NCBI RefSeq assembly: GCF_964213995.1
Contig: NC_135808.1
Location: forward strand, 39,680,001-39,744,000
Source of the DNA: Mustelus asterias
Lineage: Eukaryota
Reading direction: 5' to 3'
DNA: 64,000 bases
The notes beneath the pieces were generated by a model. It saw only the letters and a program-made list of their open reading frames with translations. It searched no databases and was not told the origin of the DNA. Position 1 is the first letter of the stretch; each line of letters opens with the position of its first letter. Shown piece by piece: positions 23,335 through 34,660 of this stretch. The translations under genes and the position numbers were made by a program.

Positions 23335-24460
23335 TTGGAAAGTAAGTTCTGAAGAGGAGATAGAGAATCAGCAGATAGATGTGAATAGGTTAAATGAGTG
23401 GGCAAATGGAGTATAATGTGGGAAAATGTGAACTTGCCCATGTCGGCAGGAACAAACACACAGTAATACACTTTTGAAATAGAGAGATTACAAAACTCAG
23501 TGGCAGAGAGGGATCTGGGTGTCCTGTTACACAAATCAGATAGAGTTAGTCTGCAGGTACAACAAGTGATTAAGGAGGCAAATAGAATATTGGTGTTTAT
23601 TGCAAAGGGAATGGAGTATTTTTCACTGCAGCTGTACGGGGCTTTGGTGAGGCCACATCTGGACTCATGTGTACAGTTTTGGTCTCTTTTTTAAAAATAG
23701 GATACAGTTGTGTTCGAAGCACTTCAGAGAAGGTTCACTAGACTCATTGCTGGGATGAAGTGTTTATCTCTGAAGAAAGGTTGAATAGGTTGGGCCTATT
23801 GGAGTTGAATGTTTCTTTATTAGTGTCACAAGTAGGCAGATATTAACACTGCAGTGAAGTTACTGTGAAAATCCCCTAGTCCCCACTGGCGCCTGTTTGG
23901 GTACACTGAGAGAATTTAGCATAGTCAATGCACGTCTATTAAAAGACCAGCACGTCTTCTGTACTGTGGGAGGAAACCCATGCAGACAAGGGGTGAATGT
24001 GCAGACTGCACAGAGAGTGACCCAAAACGGGAATTGAACCTGGGTCCCTGGCGCTATGAGGCTGCAGTGCAAGCCAGTGTGCCACAGTACACAAATGAGA
24101 AATTCCCTAACTCGAACTATAAAGAATGAGAGTTGATTTAATGCAATATAGAAGTTCCTGAGGGGATTTGGCAGAATGGATCGTGGGAAGATGTTTTCTC
24201 TTGTGGGGGAGTATAGCATAGGAGAGACAGGCTTAGAATGAGACTCTCCCTTTTAAGGCAGAGATTAGACTTTAATTTCTCTCTGGAGTTCATTAATCTA
24301 TGGAATTTTCATCTCCAGAAAGCAGAGCTGGGTCCCTGATTTTTAGACTGAGTTTGATACATTTTTGATAAAGAACGGAGGCAAGTCTTATGGGAGGCAG
24401 ACAGGAAAGCCATGATCGTATCAAAAGACCGAAGAGCCAAATGGCCTATTTTCCTGTGAT
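23335..24460 (+). mobile_element. Decayed CR1 3' region with nested minus-strand SINE (~23812-24086)
   Basis: ERDLGVLLH, LVRPHLDSCVQFW; reverse-complement SINE inside. Confidence 0.8.
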
Positions 24461-24520
24461 GTATCAATTACATCATTTATTCAAGGCTTTGAATTATTTT
24501 TAATACAGTGATACAACATG

Positions 24521-26157
24521 GTTTTGGAGAGAGTTGCCTGGTATGGGGGGCATTAGCTATGAGGAGAGGTTGGAGAAAGTTGGTTTGTTCTCACTGGAAC
24601 GACGGAGGATGAGGGCGACCTGAAAGAAGTGTACAAGATTATGAAGGGCATGGACAGAGCGGATAGTCAGAAGCTTTTTCCCAGGGTGGAAGAGTCAATT
24701 ACTAGGGGGCATAGATTTAAGGTGCGAGTGGCAAGATTTAAAGAAAATGTACGAGGCAAGATTTTTTACACAGAGGGTCGTGGGTCCCTGGAACTCGCTG
24801 CCGGGGGAGGTAATGGAAGCAGATACGATAGTGAGTTTTAAGCGGCGTCTGGACAAATGCACATATCGGATGGGAATAGAGGGAGATGGTCCCTGGAAGG
24901 TAGAGGGTTTTAGTTCAGACAGGCAGCATTGCCGGTGCAGGGTTGGAGGGCCGAATGTCCTGTTCCTGTGCTGTATTTTTCTTTGTTCTACAAGTAGGCT
25001 TACATTCGGACTGCAATGAAGTTATTGCGAAAATTGCCTGGTCACCATGCTCCAGCGCCTGTTCGGGTACACTCAAGGAGAACTTAGCATGGCCAATGCA
25101 CCTAACCAGCACATCGTTTGGACTGTGGGAACAAAGCAGAGCACCCAGAGGAAACTCTTGCAGACATGGGGAGAATGTGGTACTCCACACAGTCACCCAA
25201 GGCTGGTAATGAACTTTGGTTCCTGGCACTGCGAAGTTGAAGAAGCCACGACAAAAAAAGCGTTCTTTGACTTTGTGATGTTAATGCAATCAAGACTCAT
25301 GCCTTCCATTGATTCATTTTAGTAAGCCTGATTCTTTTAATTAAAATCGAATTCTAACCACCTCAAAACTACCTACAGAGACAGATCAGAAGAGCTAAGA
25401 GCATTGTGGGCAGCATGGTGGCACAGTAAAATCATTGCTACTTCACAGCGCCAGGAACCAAGGTTCAATACCAGCCTTGGGTGACTGTGTGGAGTAGCAC
25501 ATTCTCTCCATGTCTGCATGAGTTTCCTCTGGGTGCTCTGCTTTCTTCCCACAGTCCAAAAGATGTGTTGGTTAGGTGCATTGACCATGCTAAATTCTCC
25601 CTCAGTGTACCCGAACAGGCGCTGGAGCATGGTGACCAGGGAATTTTCGCTATATCTTCATTGCAGTCCGAATGTAAGCCTACTTGTAGAACAAAGAAAA
25701 TTACAGCACAGGAACAGGCCCTTCGGCCCTCCAACCCTGCACCGACCATGCTGCCTAACTGAACTAAAAGCCTCTACCCTTCCGGGGACCATATCCCTCT
25801 ATTCCCATCCTATACGTGTATTTGTCCAGACGCCCCTTAAAGCCCACTATCATATCTGCTTCCACTACCTCCCCCGGAAGCGACTTCCAGGCACCCATCA
25901 CCCTCTCTGTAAAAAACTTGCCTCGTACATTTCCTTTAAATCCTGCCCCTCGCACTTTAAATCTATGCCCCCGAGTAATTGACTCTTCCACCCTGGGGAA
26001 AAAGCATCTGACTATCCACTCTGTACATGCTACTCATAACATTGTAGACTTCAATCAGGTCGCCCTCAACCTCCGTCGTTCCAGTTAGAACAAACCAAGT
26101 TTCTCCAACCTCTCCTCATAGCTAATGCCCTCCATACCAGACAACTCTCTCCAAAGC
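24521..26157. repeat. Large inverted duplication of a CR1-tail + SINE composite (arms 24521-25236 and 25441-26157)
   Basis: Both arms share the same outer junction (TTTGGAGAGAGTTG) and the same CR1/SINE junction (GTTCTACAAGTAGGCTTACATTCGGAC). Confidence 0.85.
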
Positions 26158-26189
26158 CTCCAAAGCAAAAGGGTAAGGAAAGGAGGGTA

Positions 26190-26687
26190 GTGCTAATTGG
26201 GGACTCTACGGTGAGGGGGTCAGATAGGCGTTTTTGCGGACACAGATGGGACTCTCGGATGGTGGTTTGCCTCCCTGGTGCAGGGGTCCGGGATGTCTCT
26301 GGTCGAGTCCCAGAAATCCTGAAGGGGGAGGGAGAGGAGCCGAAGGTCGTGATGCATATAGGTACTGCTGACATAGGTAGGAAGAGGGAAGGGGTCATGA
26401 AAAGAGAATATAGGGAGTTAGGTAGACAGCTGAGAAAGAGGAATGCAAAGGTAGTAATCTCGGGATTGCTGCCTGTGCCGCGGGAGAGTGAGAACAGGAA
26501 TCGGTGGAGAATGAATGCGTGGCTGAGGGACTGGAGCAAGGGACAAGGATTTGGGTACTTGGATCATTGGGACCTCTTTAGGGGCAGGTGTGACCTGTTT
26601 AAAAAAGACGGGTGGCACTTGAATCCCAGGGGGACCAATATCCTGGCGGGAATGTTGGCTAAGGCTACTGGAGAGACTTTAAACTAG
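26190..26687 (+). CDS. CR1 ORF1 C-terminal SGNH/GDSL esterase domain (partial)
   Basis: IGDS, HIGTADIG and DGWHLN motifs. Confidence 0.85.
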   Translation: MLIGDSTVRGSDRRFCGHRWDSRMVVCLPGAGVRDVSGRVPEILKGEGEEPKVVMHIGTADIGRKREGVMKREYRELGRQLRKRNAKVVISGLLPVPRESENRNRWRMNAWLRDWSKGQGFGYLDHWDLFRGRCDLFKKDGWHLNPRGTNILAGMLAKATGETLN

Positions 26688-26692
26688 AAAGG

Positions 26693-29605
26693 TTGGGGGG
26701 AGGGAATCGAAATGAGGGGACTGAGAGCGAGGAGGTTAGCTCGCAAATAGATAAGGAATGTAAACAGGGTAAGAGGGAGGTTAGACGAGTGATGGAGAAG
26801 GGAAGTGCTCAGGCTGAAGGTCTGAGATGTGTCTATTTTAATGCCAGGAGTGTAGTGAATAAAGTGGATGAGCTTAGAGCGTGGATTGCTGCTTCGAATT
26901 GTGATGTGGTGGCCATTACGGAGACTTGGATGTCTCAGGGACAGGACTGGGTGCTTCAGGTGCCGGGTTTTAGATGTTTCAGGAAGGACAGGGAGGGAGG
27001 CAAGGGAGGGGGGGGAGTGGCACTGTTGATCAGGGATAGTGTCACGGCTGTAGAGAAGGTGGACGCCGTGGAGGGATTGACTACGGAGTCTCTGTGGGTG
27101 GAGGTTAGGAACAGGAAGGGGTCGGTAACGTTGCTGGGTGTTTTCTATAGGCCGCCCAATAGTAACAGAGATGTTGAGGAGCAGATGGGGAAACAGATCC
27201 TGGAGAGATGTAGGAATAACAGAGTTGTCGTGATGGGAGATTTTAATTTCCCAAACATAGATTGGAATATCCCTAGGGCTAGGGGTTTGGATGGAGAGGA
27301 GTTTGTTAGGTGTGTCCAGGAGAGTTTCCTGACACAGTATGTGGATAAGCCTACTAGAGGAGAGGCTGTACTTGATCAGGTGCTGGCTAATGAACCTGGA
27401 CAGGTGGAGGATCTCTCGGTGGGTGAGCATCTTGGGGATAGCGATCATAATTCTACCTCCTTCACGATAGCATTGGAAAGAGATAGGATCAGGCAGGCTA
27501 GGAAAGTGTTTCTCTGGAGTAAAGGGAAATACAGTGTCATCAGGGAGGAAATTAGACGGGTAAATTGGAAGGAGGCATTCTTGGGGAAAAGTACCGAAGG
27601 AAAGTGGAAGATTTTCAAGGAATGTTTGTCTGGAGCTCTGCATGACAACGTTCCGATGAGACAGGGGGGTGTTGGTAGGGTACGGGAACCGTGGTGCACG
27701 AAGGTTGTGATGAACCTGGTGAATAAGAAAAGAGAGGCGTACAGAAGGTTCAGAGAGCTAGGAGGTGTTAAGGATTTAGAGGAGTATACGGGATGTAGGA
27801 AGGAGCTTAAGAAGGAAATTAGGAGAGCGAGAAGGGGTCATGAGAAGGCCTTGGCGGGTAAGATTAAGGAGAATCCCAAGGCTTTCTACAAATATGTCAA
27901 GAGTAAAAGGATGAGATGTGAAGGCATAGGACCCTTAAAAGGTGAAGGGGGAAAAGTTTGTGCGGAACCGTTAGAAATGGCGGAGCTGCTTAATGAATAC
28001 TTTACCTCGGTATTCACGGTGGAAAGGGATCTGGGTGGTTGTACTGCTGGTTTGCGGTGGACAGAAAGGATCGAGCATGTGGACATAAAGAAAGAGGATG
28101 TGTTGGAACTATTGAATGGCATCAAGGTTGGTAAGTCGCCGGGACCGGATGGGATGTACCCCAGGTTACTGTGGGAGGCGAGGGAGGAGATTGCGGAGCC
28201 TTTGGCGATGATCTTTGCATCGTCGATGGAGACTGGTGAGGTTCCGGAGGATTGGAGGATTGCAGATGTGGTCCCTATATTCAAGAAAGGGAACAGGGAC
28301 AGCCCGGGAAATTACCGACCGGTGAGTCTAACCTCAGTGGTTGGTAAGTTGATGGAGAGGATCCTGAGAGACAGGATTTATGATCATCTAGAGAAGTTTA
28401 GTATGATCAAAAGTAGTCAGCACGGCTTTGTCAAGGGCAGGTCGTGCCTTACGAGCCTGGTTGAGTTCTTTGAAAATGTGACCAAACACATTGACGAAGG
28501 AAGAGCGGTGGATGTGGTCTATATGGACTTCAGCAAGGCGTTCGATAAGGTCCCCCATGCAAGACTTCTTGAGAAAGTGAGAGGGCATGGGATCCAAGGG
28601 GCTGTTGCCTTGTGGATCCAGAACTGGCTTGCCTGCAGAAGGCAGAGAGTGGCTGTGGAGGGGTCTTTCTCTGCATGGAGGTCAGTGACCAGTGGAGTGC
28701 CCCAGGGATCTGTTCTGGGACCCTTGCTGTTTGTCATTTTCATAAATGACCTGGATGAGGAAGTGGAGGGATGGGTTGGTAAGTTTGCTGACGACACCAA
28801 GGTAGGTGGTGTTGTGGATAGTTTGGAGGGATGTCAGAAGTTGCAGCGAGACATAGATAGAATGCAAGACTGGGCGGAGAAGTGGCAGATGGACTTCAAC
28901 CCGGATAAGTGTGTGGTGATCCATTTTGGCAGATCCAATGGGATGAAGCAGCAGTATAATATGAAGGGTACCATTCTTAGCAGTGTAGAGGATCAGAAGG
29001 ACCTTGGGGTCCGGGTCCATAGGACTCTTAAATCGGCCTCGCAGGTGGAGGATGCGGTCAAGAAGGCGTACGGCGTACTGGCCTTCATTAATCGAGGGAT
29101 TGAGTTTAGGAGTCGGGAGATAATGCTGCAGCTTTATAGGACCCTGGTTAGACCCCACTTGGAGTACTGCGCGCAGTTCTGGTCACCTCATTACAGGAAA
29201 GATGTTGAAGCCATTGAAAGGGTGCAGAGGAGATTTACAAGGATGTTGCCTGGATTGGGGGGCATGCCTTATGAGGATAGGTTGAGGGAGCTTGGTCTCT
29301 TCTCCCTGGAGAGACGAAGGATGAGAGGTGACCTGATAGAGGTTTACAAGATGTTGAGAGGTCTGGATAGGGTAGACTCTCAGAGGCTATTTCCAAGGGC
29401 TGAAATGGTTGCTACGAGAGGACACAGGTTTAAGGTGCTGGGGGGTAGGTACAGAGGAGATGTCAGGGGTAAGTTTTTCACTCAGAGGGTGGTGGGTGAG
29501 TGGAATCGGCTGACGTCGGTGGTGGTGGAGGCAAACTCGTTGGGGTCTTTTAAGAGACTTCTGGATGAGTACATGGGATTTAATGGGATTGAGGGCTATA
29601 GATAG
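26693..29605 (+). CDS. CR1 ORF2: APE endonuclease + reverse transcriptase
   Basis: YFNARS, ITETW, MGDFN, SDH (APE); YRPVSLTS, DFSKAFDKV, GVPQGSVLGP, FADD (RT); no stops over 970 codons. True start codon uncertain. Confidence 0.95.
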   Translation: MGGGNRNEGTESEEVSSQIDKECKQGKREVRRVMEKGSAQAEGLRCVYFNARSVVNKVDELRAWIAASNCDVVAITETWMSQGQDWVLQVPGFRCFRKDREGGKGGGGVALLIRDSVTAVEKVDAVEGLTTESLWVEVRNRKGSVTLLGVFYRPPNSNRDVEEQMGKQILERCRNNRVVVMGDFNFPNIDWNIPRARGLDGEEFVRCVQESFLTQYVDKPTRGEAVLDQVLANEPGQVEDLSVGEHLGDSDHNSTSFTIALERDRIRQARKVFLWSKGKYSVIREEIRRVNWKEAFLGKSTEGKWKIFKECLSGALHDNVPMRQGGVGRVREPWCTKVVMNLVNKKREAYRRFRELGGVKDLEEYTGCRKELKKEIRRARRGHEKALAGKIKENPKAFYKYVKSKRMRCEGIGPLKGEGGKVCAEPLEMAELLNEYFTSVFTVERDLGGCTAGLRWTERIEHVDIKKEDVLELLNGIKVGKSPGPDGMYPRLLWEAREEIAEPLAMIFASSMETGEVPEDWRIADVVPIFKKGNRDSPGNYRPVSLTSVVGKLMERILRDRIYDHLEKFSMIKSSQHGFVKGRSCLTSLVEFFENVTKHIDEGRAVDVVYMDFSKAFDKVPHARLLEKVRGHGIQGAVALWIQNWLACRRQRVAVEGSFSAWRSVTSGVPQGSVLGPLLFVIFINDLDEEVEGWVGKFADDTKVGGVVDSLEGCQKLQRDIDRMQDWAEKWQMDFNPDKCVVIHFGRSNGMKQQYNMKGTILSSVEDQKDLGVRVHRTLKSASQVEDAVKKAYGVLAFINRGIEFRSREIMLQLYRTLVRPHLEYCAQFWSPHYRKDVEAIERVQRRFTRMLPGLGGMPYEDRLRELGLFSLERRRMRGDLIEVYKMLRGLDRVDSQRLFPRAEMVATRGHRFKVLGGRYRGDVRGKFFTQRVVGEWNRLTSVVVEANSLGSFKRLLDEYMGFNGIEGYR

Positions 29606-30399
29606 GGATGTGATCGGCGCAACTTGTGGGCCGAAGGGCCTGTTTGTGCTGTGGCTTTCTATGTTCTATGTTCTATAATGTCAGAGAGCAATACAGCACA
29701 GAAACAGGCCCTTTGGCCCATCTGGTCCATGCCAACCATGGTGCCCTCCCAGCTAGTACCAACTGCCCGCACGTGGCCCAAATCCCTCTAATCCATTCCC
29801 ATCCACATAGTTATCAATAGCTTTCTAAATGTTGCTATTCAACCTGTTTCAACAACTTTCTCTGGCAGCTCATTCCATATCCGCGCCCCCTCTGCATGAA
29901 GAAGTTGCCCCTCAGGTTCCAGTTTAAATCTTTCCCCTCTCACCTTCAACCTATGCCATCTAGTTTTCAATTGCCCTTCTCTGGGACAAAGACTGTGTGT
30001 TCATCCTATTTCTGTTTTGTAACTAATAAATAAACCGTTTGGTCCTTTAAGTCTTTCGATAAGATCATGGATTTCATGTCTGTCTCACATAACACTTGAC
30101 TCTGTTCGTTATCAAAAATATATCAAACTCAGCCTAAAACTTCAGTGACCCAAAGGTGTGTAGGATAGATGGATTAGCCATGGAAGATTTGTGGGGTCAC
30201 GGGGATAGTGCAGGGTCTATTCACGATAATCTGTCAGAGAGTCTGTGCAGACTTGATGGGCTGAATGGCCTCCTTCTGCATTTTTGATGGAGTAGGAATT
30301 TTGGTGACTGGAAGATGACCGCAATCCTCACTCTTCAGTGGTTCCTCCCCTTTTTGGACTGTCTGATGGACAAGGAGCTTTGAAAACTTTGTGAAGGCT

Positions 30400-31302
30400 T
30401 TATCAGACACCTCGCAGTTGGACAGTTACTTCAATGTAATGTGTTGGAGTGCATAAAGGGTGAGGGTGCAAGAATAATTTGTTACATACCTCGGCCAAGA
30501 ATGGTTTCTCCCCTGCATGAATGCTTTGATGCACGAGGAAGGTTTGAGATTATGCGAATGATTCATCACACATCTCCCCTGAATGGATTGCCTGATGAAC
30601 CAGGAGCTTCAATAACTTGTAAAAACTGTGTCACACATCTCACACTTGAATGATCTGTCCACAGAGTCCATTTCCCTCTCTAAAAGTCTTTCCGTTTTGG
30701 ATATTGTTGGGAGAGGTGGTTTCTCAGGGGATTGTAGCAAGCACCAAGTGTGTGACACCACCAGTGGTTTAGCTGCACAAGACGGGAGGGGAAGCGAGGT
30801 GGAAAAGAGAAAAGTGGGAGAGCTAGCTATAGGCGATTCTATCATAAGGGGAGACACACGTTTCAGTGGCCACAGATGTGACAATACAATGGTATGTTGC
30901 CTCCCTGGTTCTAGAATCAAGATTGTCACTGAGCAGCTGCAGGACTGAAGGGGGAGTTTGTGATAAGTTGTGGTCCATGTTGGTAACAACAACACAGCTA
31001 ACAAGATGGATGAGGTTCTGAAAGGCGAATACAGATAGTTGGGCAATAAATTAAAAGGCAGGACCTTAGATGTAGCCATCTCAGGGACGACACCCAGTGC
31101 CATGTGCTAGCAAACGCAGGAATAGGAGAACAGGCAAAATGAATGTGTGGCTGGAGTGATAGTGGAAGAGGGATGGATTTGGATTCCTGAAGCATTGGGA
31201 CCAATTCTGGGGAAGACGAGACCTATACAAGCTGAATGGGATGCATCCCAAGAGAACTGGGACCAATATCCTTGCAGGGGTATTTGCTGGTACTGTTGGG
31301 AG
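30400..31302 (+). mobile_element. Decayed CR1 ORF1, continued at ~43311-43658
   Basis: IGDSIIRG..MVCCLPGS and GTNILAG; the ORF1-end/ORF2-start sequence (GATTTAAAC..., CTGAATGCA, ACAGAGACATGG) reappears at 43311-43658. Confidence 0.75.
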
Positions 31303-31464
31303 TGTTATGAACCCCACTGATGTTAGATGCGAGGGTATCCCAAAACTTGAAAGAAAATCCCTTCCTTTAAAGCACCACCCCATGAAGTGTATTTTCATAA
31401 GCCAAATCCAGCAAACAGTTACCACACAATTGATCTTTATTTCAAAAGCCTTCGCCTTGGACTC

Positions 31465-31831
31465 TGTTGTAGGTAAGAAACCTCTGACACTATTAGTAGA
31501 TCAAAATGCAGGTTTATTTTCACAATTGTGGGAGAAGTGAGGTTCCTAACAGTGGACCCCCAGCCTTCTCATCGAACACACGTAGGAACAGAGTTTATAT
31601 ATGTCCCGGGCCCGCCCTCATTACATTGCAATTCTCTAACTGAATCTCATGGTGGGATTCTTGTTGTATTAGCAGTATCTTCCTCTGCGTAGTTTGTTCG
31701 ATCTCCAAGGCCACGATTGTTCGTCATTTATATCCTTGAAACAACATCACAGGTTTTGCACAAACAAGTTAACTAATATACATACAAGTTTGTATAATAC
31801 TTTATATCAGGATAAGATGAATAACGTATGA

Positions 31832-31868
<37 letters not shown>

Positions 31869-32591
31869 CTATGGTTACACAAAGACAGAAAGCACACATG
31901 TCAACTCCATCGTGTTAAACAAAGGTACATGAAAATGGAGACTGTTTAGCATATTTCGAGCTGGGTTCATCGCATTTCTTAATAACAAGAATAGCTGTTC
32001 CTCTTATCTGGTGTGGAGATGCCGGCGTTGGACTGGGGTAAACACAGTAAGAAGTTTAACAACACCAGGTTAAAGTCCAACAGGTTTATTTGGTAGCAAA
32101 AGCCACACAAGCTTTCGGAGCTCTAAGCCCCTTCTTCAGGTGAGTGGGAATTCTGTTCACAAACAGAGCTTATAAAGACACAGACTCAATTTACATGAAT
32201 AATGGTTGGAATGCGAATACTTACAACTAATGAAGTCTTTAAGAAAAGAACACACATTGTTTCGTTTCTTAAAGACTTGATTAGTTGTAAGTATTCGCAT
32301 TCCAACCATTATTCATGTAAATTGAGTCTGTGTCTTTATAAGCTCTGTTTGTGAACAGAATTCCCACTCACCTGAAGAAGGGGCTTAGAGCTCCGAAAGC
32401 TTGTGTGGCTTTTGCTACCAAATAAACCTGTTGGACTTTAACCTGGTGTTGTTAAACCTCTTATCTGGCACAGACATGAAAAACACCGAACTCTGACAAA
32501 AACATGAACTCTGCAGTGTTCTCAACAAAATCACAGAGTTCGGGTCTTAATGCTTAAGTGCGACAAAGTTCATTAAACCATTCCTACTTCA
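31465..32591 (-). repeat. 3' LTR (contains 445-bp PLE insertion)
   Basis: Matches 42170-42850 apart from about a dozen substitutions, (TA)n length and the insertion. Confidence 0.95.
32012..32456. mobile_element. Penelope-derived fold-back insertion with two hammerhead motifs
   Basis: 12-bp TSD CCTCTTATCTGG (32000-11, 32457-68), single copy in the 5' LTR; arms 32055-32246 and 32265-32456 with 1 mismatch; cac-CTGAAGA-a-ggggc ttaga gctcc-GAAA-gc-TT-gtg on each strand. Confidence 0.9.
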
Positions 32592-32603
32592 CTCCCCTCT
32601 TTT
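32592..32603 (-). promoter_or_regulatory. Polypurine tract
   Basis: AAAAGAGGGGAG directly abutting the 3' LTR TG on the minus strand. Confidence 0.85.
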
Positions 32604-32642
32604 GGTCGGATGCCAGGTCCAAACATGGCACCTATGACCAAC

Positions 32643-34050
32643 TCAGAACCACATGTTATCGGGGAATGGGTCTAGCTCCTTAGTCGGGAGGTCTGCCCCC
32701 TCCACCTGTCCACTTGCGACTGTCATAATTCGCGCTGTTACTGTTTTGCAACAGGCGTTCAATAATGCCATACAAACACAACAAGTAATTACAATTACAA
32801 TTAATACAATCAATCCATGCATCAGGTATGAACCCCACAACCCGAACCATTGCCCCAGCCAGCCCGCAGGGTTATAATCATGATATTGGTTCCCTTCTTC
32901 CTGTATTGCTTTTGCTACTTGTTTAATAGGATTTGCTAAGCGAGTTATATTCTCCGAAGGTTCGGGAATATACGTACAGCATTTCGAGCCAACTATGGCA
33001 CATGTTCCACCTTGGGAGGCTAGCACATAATCGAGTGCCAATCAGTTCTGCCACGCCATAGTTCGAATAGCTACGACCTCTGCTGACATTTCAGAGATGG
33101 CCGTGCTCACCTCCTCGAACCCATTTTTAGCCTCATTTGAAATTTTCTCTGGGGTTGAGGCCATCCGTATAGGTTCCTGTGCTGCCTTTGCCAACCCAAA
33201 AAATGGGTCGGCTATCATGAAGAATCGTTCTGTCTCACGAATGGCTCGCTTAGCGCTCAGCAGGTGTATCTCGGGGTGGTCCCGCAAGTCAGTGTAACGG
33301 TGAATATAAGGAACCACATATGCCAAATAACACGATCCTGTCCAATTCCAGGGAAGCCACGGATAGGCATTGTTTCCACAGACAAAATAGGTACCATTAT
33401 ATGCAGTCATCTAGCTTGCATAAGGGGAGGAGAGGCTAACCGGGACGGTGGCTATGGGGCACTGGATTGTGACCTGTATCATGGCCTCAGCGTCATCAGT
33501 GATATCAACCTGCTGTATACAGTAGCTACGGCCAACAGGTATGGTTCCATTTCTTGTCAGGCAGATAACTCCCCTTTGTTTATTCTTCACAACAAAGTAG
33601 GGTGAGGATCCTGATCTGTCGTAGCTGGGCTGGTCATTCTTCTTAAAGGACGATAAAGTGCACCCTCCGCCCCCTAGCCTTGAAACAACATCACTGTTGC
33701 TGATACCCTGCATAGTGGTAACCGATGGGGTTTTAAATGTCAGTTTCCTTGTCCCTTTCTGGGTTCCATTCTGATTTAAAACCCATTCAATTCCTTCTGG
33801 AGCTGATAAAGGGATAGGGAATTCCTCCCTTCCCTCCGTGCATGGGAATGTGTGAACAGACCCAGCACTTGCTCAGATTCGATTGTGATGCATACAGATA
33901 AGACATATACACAAATGTGTTCATACAATAGGCAGAGTCATCATTACAGAGATGATCACTGTACTTCATCCCTAAATCCTCATAATTCAATTTATACTTT
34001 CCCTCTATGGCTAACAGGGCCAGGGTCGTGAGTATCAGCATGAGAAGCAT
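32643..34050 (-). pseudogene. env: Retroviral env (SU+TM), two in-frame stops and one frameshift
   Basis: Signal peptide MLLMLILTTLALLA, CWVC (CXXC), NGTYFVCG..YPWLP.NWTGSC, SAKR cleavage-site remnant, ISD QN*LALDYVLASQGG, CX6CC (CAIVGSKCC), membrane anchor. ORFs 33411-33713, 33042-33410 and 32643-33041 abut in one frame. Confidence 0.92.
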
Positions 34051-34189
34051 CTTATCACTTACTAATATCCCACGCGACCGTTATACAATGGTCCAAAGGC
34101 TATATCGCCCAGACACAAAGTTTCTGCGCGTCCGTTCAGCTTGCTTGGAGGTCAGTTGTTGTTTGTTTATATCTGGAATTGGAGCATAT

Positions 34190-34660
34190 CACACATTTTT
34201 CCAATTAATTTCAGCATATTCAACTGCGTATATACAGGCACAGATATCTCCACTAATTATAACTTCATACGGCTCATTTCACTTTTGTACAAGCCCTGAT
34301 TTGTTCGGTAATATTTTTACTAAGACATCCCACTGTTGGGACTGTCAGGGAGCATTTCAAGCTCTCTCTGCATCTCTTTTTCTTGATTGTCTTTTACCGA
34401 TTTATGCATCCCTTTTAGTTGGGTGCTTAGTTCCAAAAATATCTCCTGATTTTATCTTTTAGTGGACCTACATCGGTCCCACCTGTTATGATGCTTTTGG
34501 GTAATTGCACCGTCCGTCCTGTCATTAGCTCATAAGGGGTTAATCCGGTTGTTTGGTTTGTAGCAACCCTTAATCTCATTTAGTATGGTGGGCGATACCT
34601 TCATCCACGTTTTTCTTTTCCCCGATGTCTGTATGGCTTTCGCCAGTGCAAAGTATTTTT
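34190..34660 (-). pseudogene. Integrase C-terminal remnant, copy 2
   Basis: ALAKAIQTSGKRKTWMKVSPTIL (core end) and VLVKILPNKSGLVQK*NEPYEVIISGDICACI (GPY/F module). Confidence 0.75.

Larger units (their letters stand above)
26158..29676 (+). mobile_element. Young CR1 LINE, 5'-truncated in ORF1, intact ORF2
   Basis: ORF1 esterase portion, uninterrupted ORF2, 3' stem (GGGCCGAAGGGCC) and (TTCTATG)n tail. Confidence 0.95.

Noticed and set aside
26684-29158. Long antisense ORFs (319, 158, 132 aa) and similar ones over 38096-40422
   Set aside because: Shadows of the CR1 and Tx1 ORF2 coding strands.
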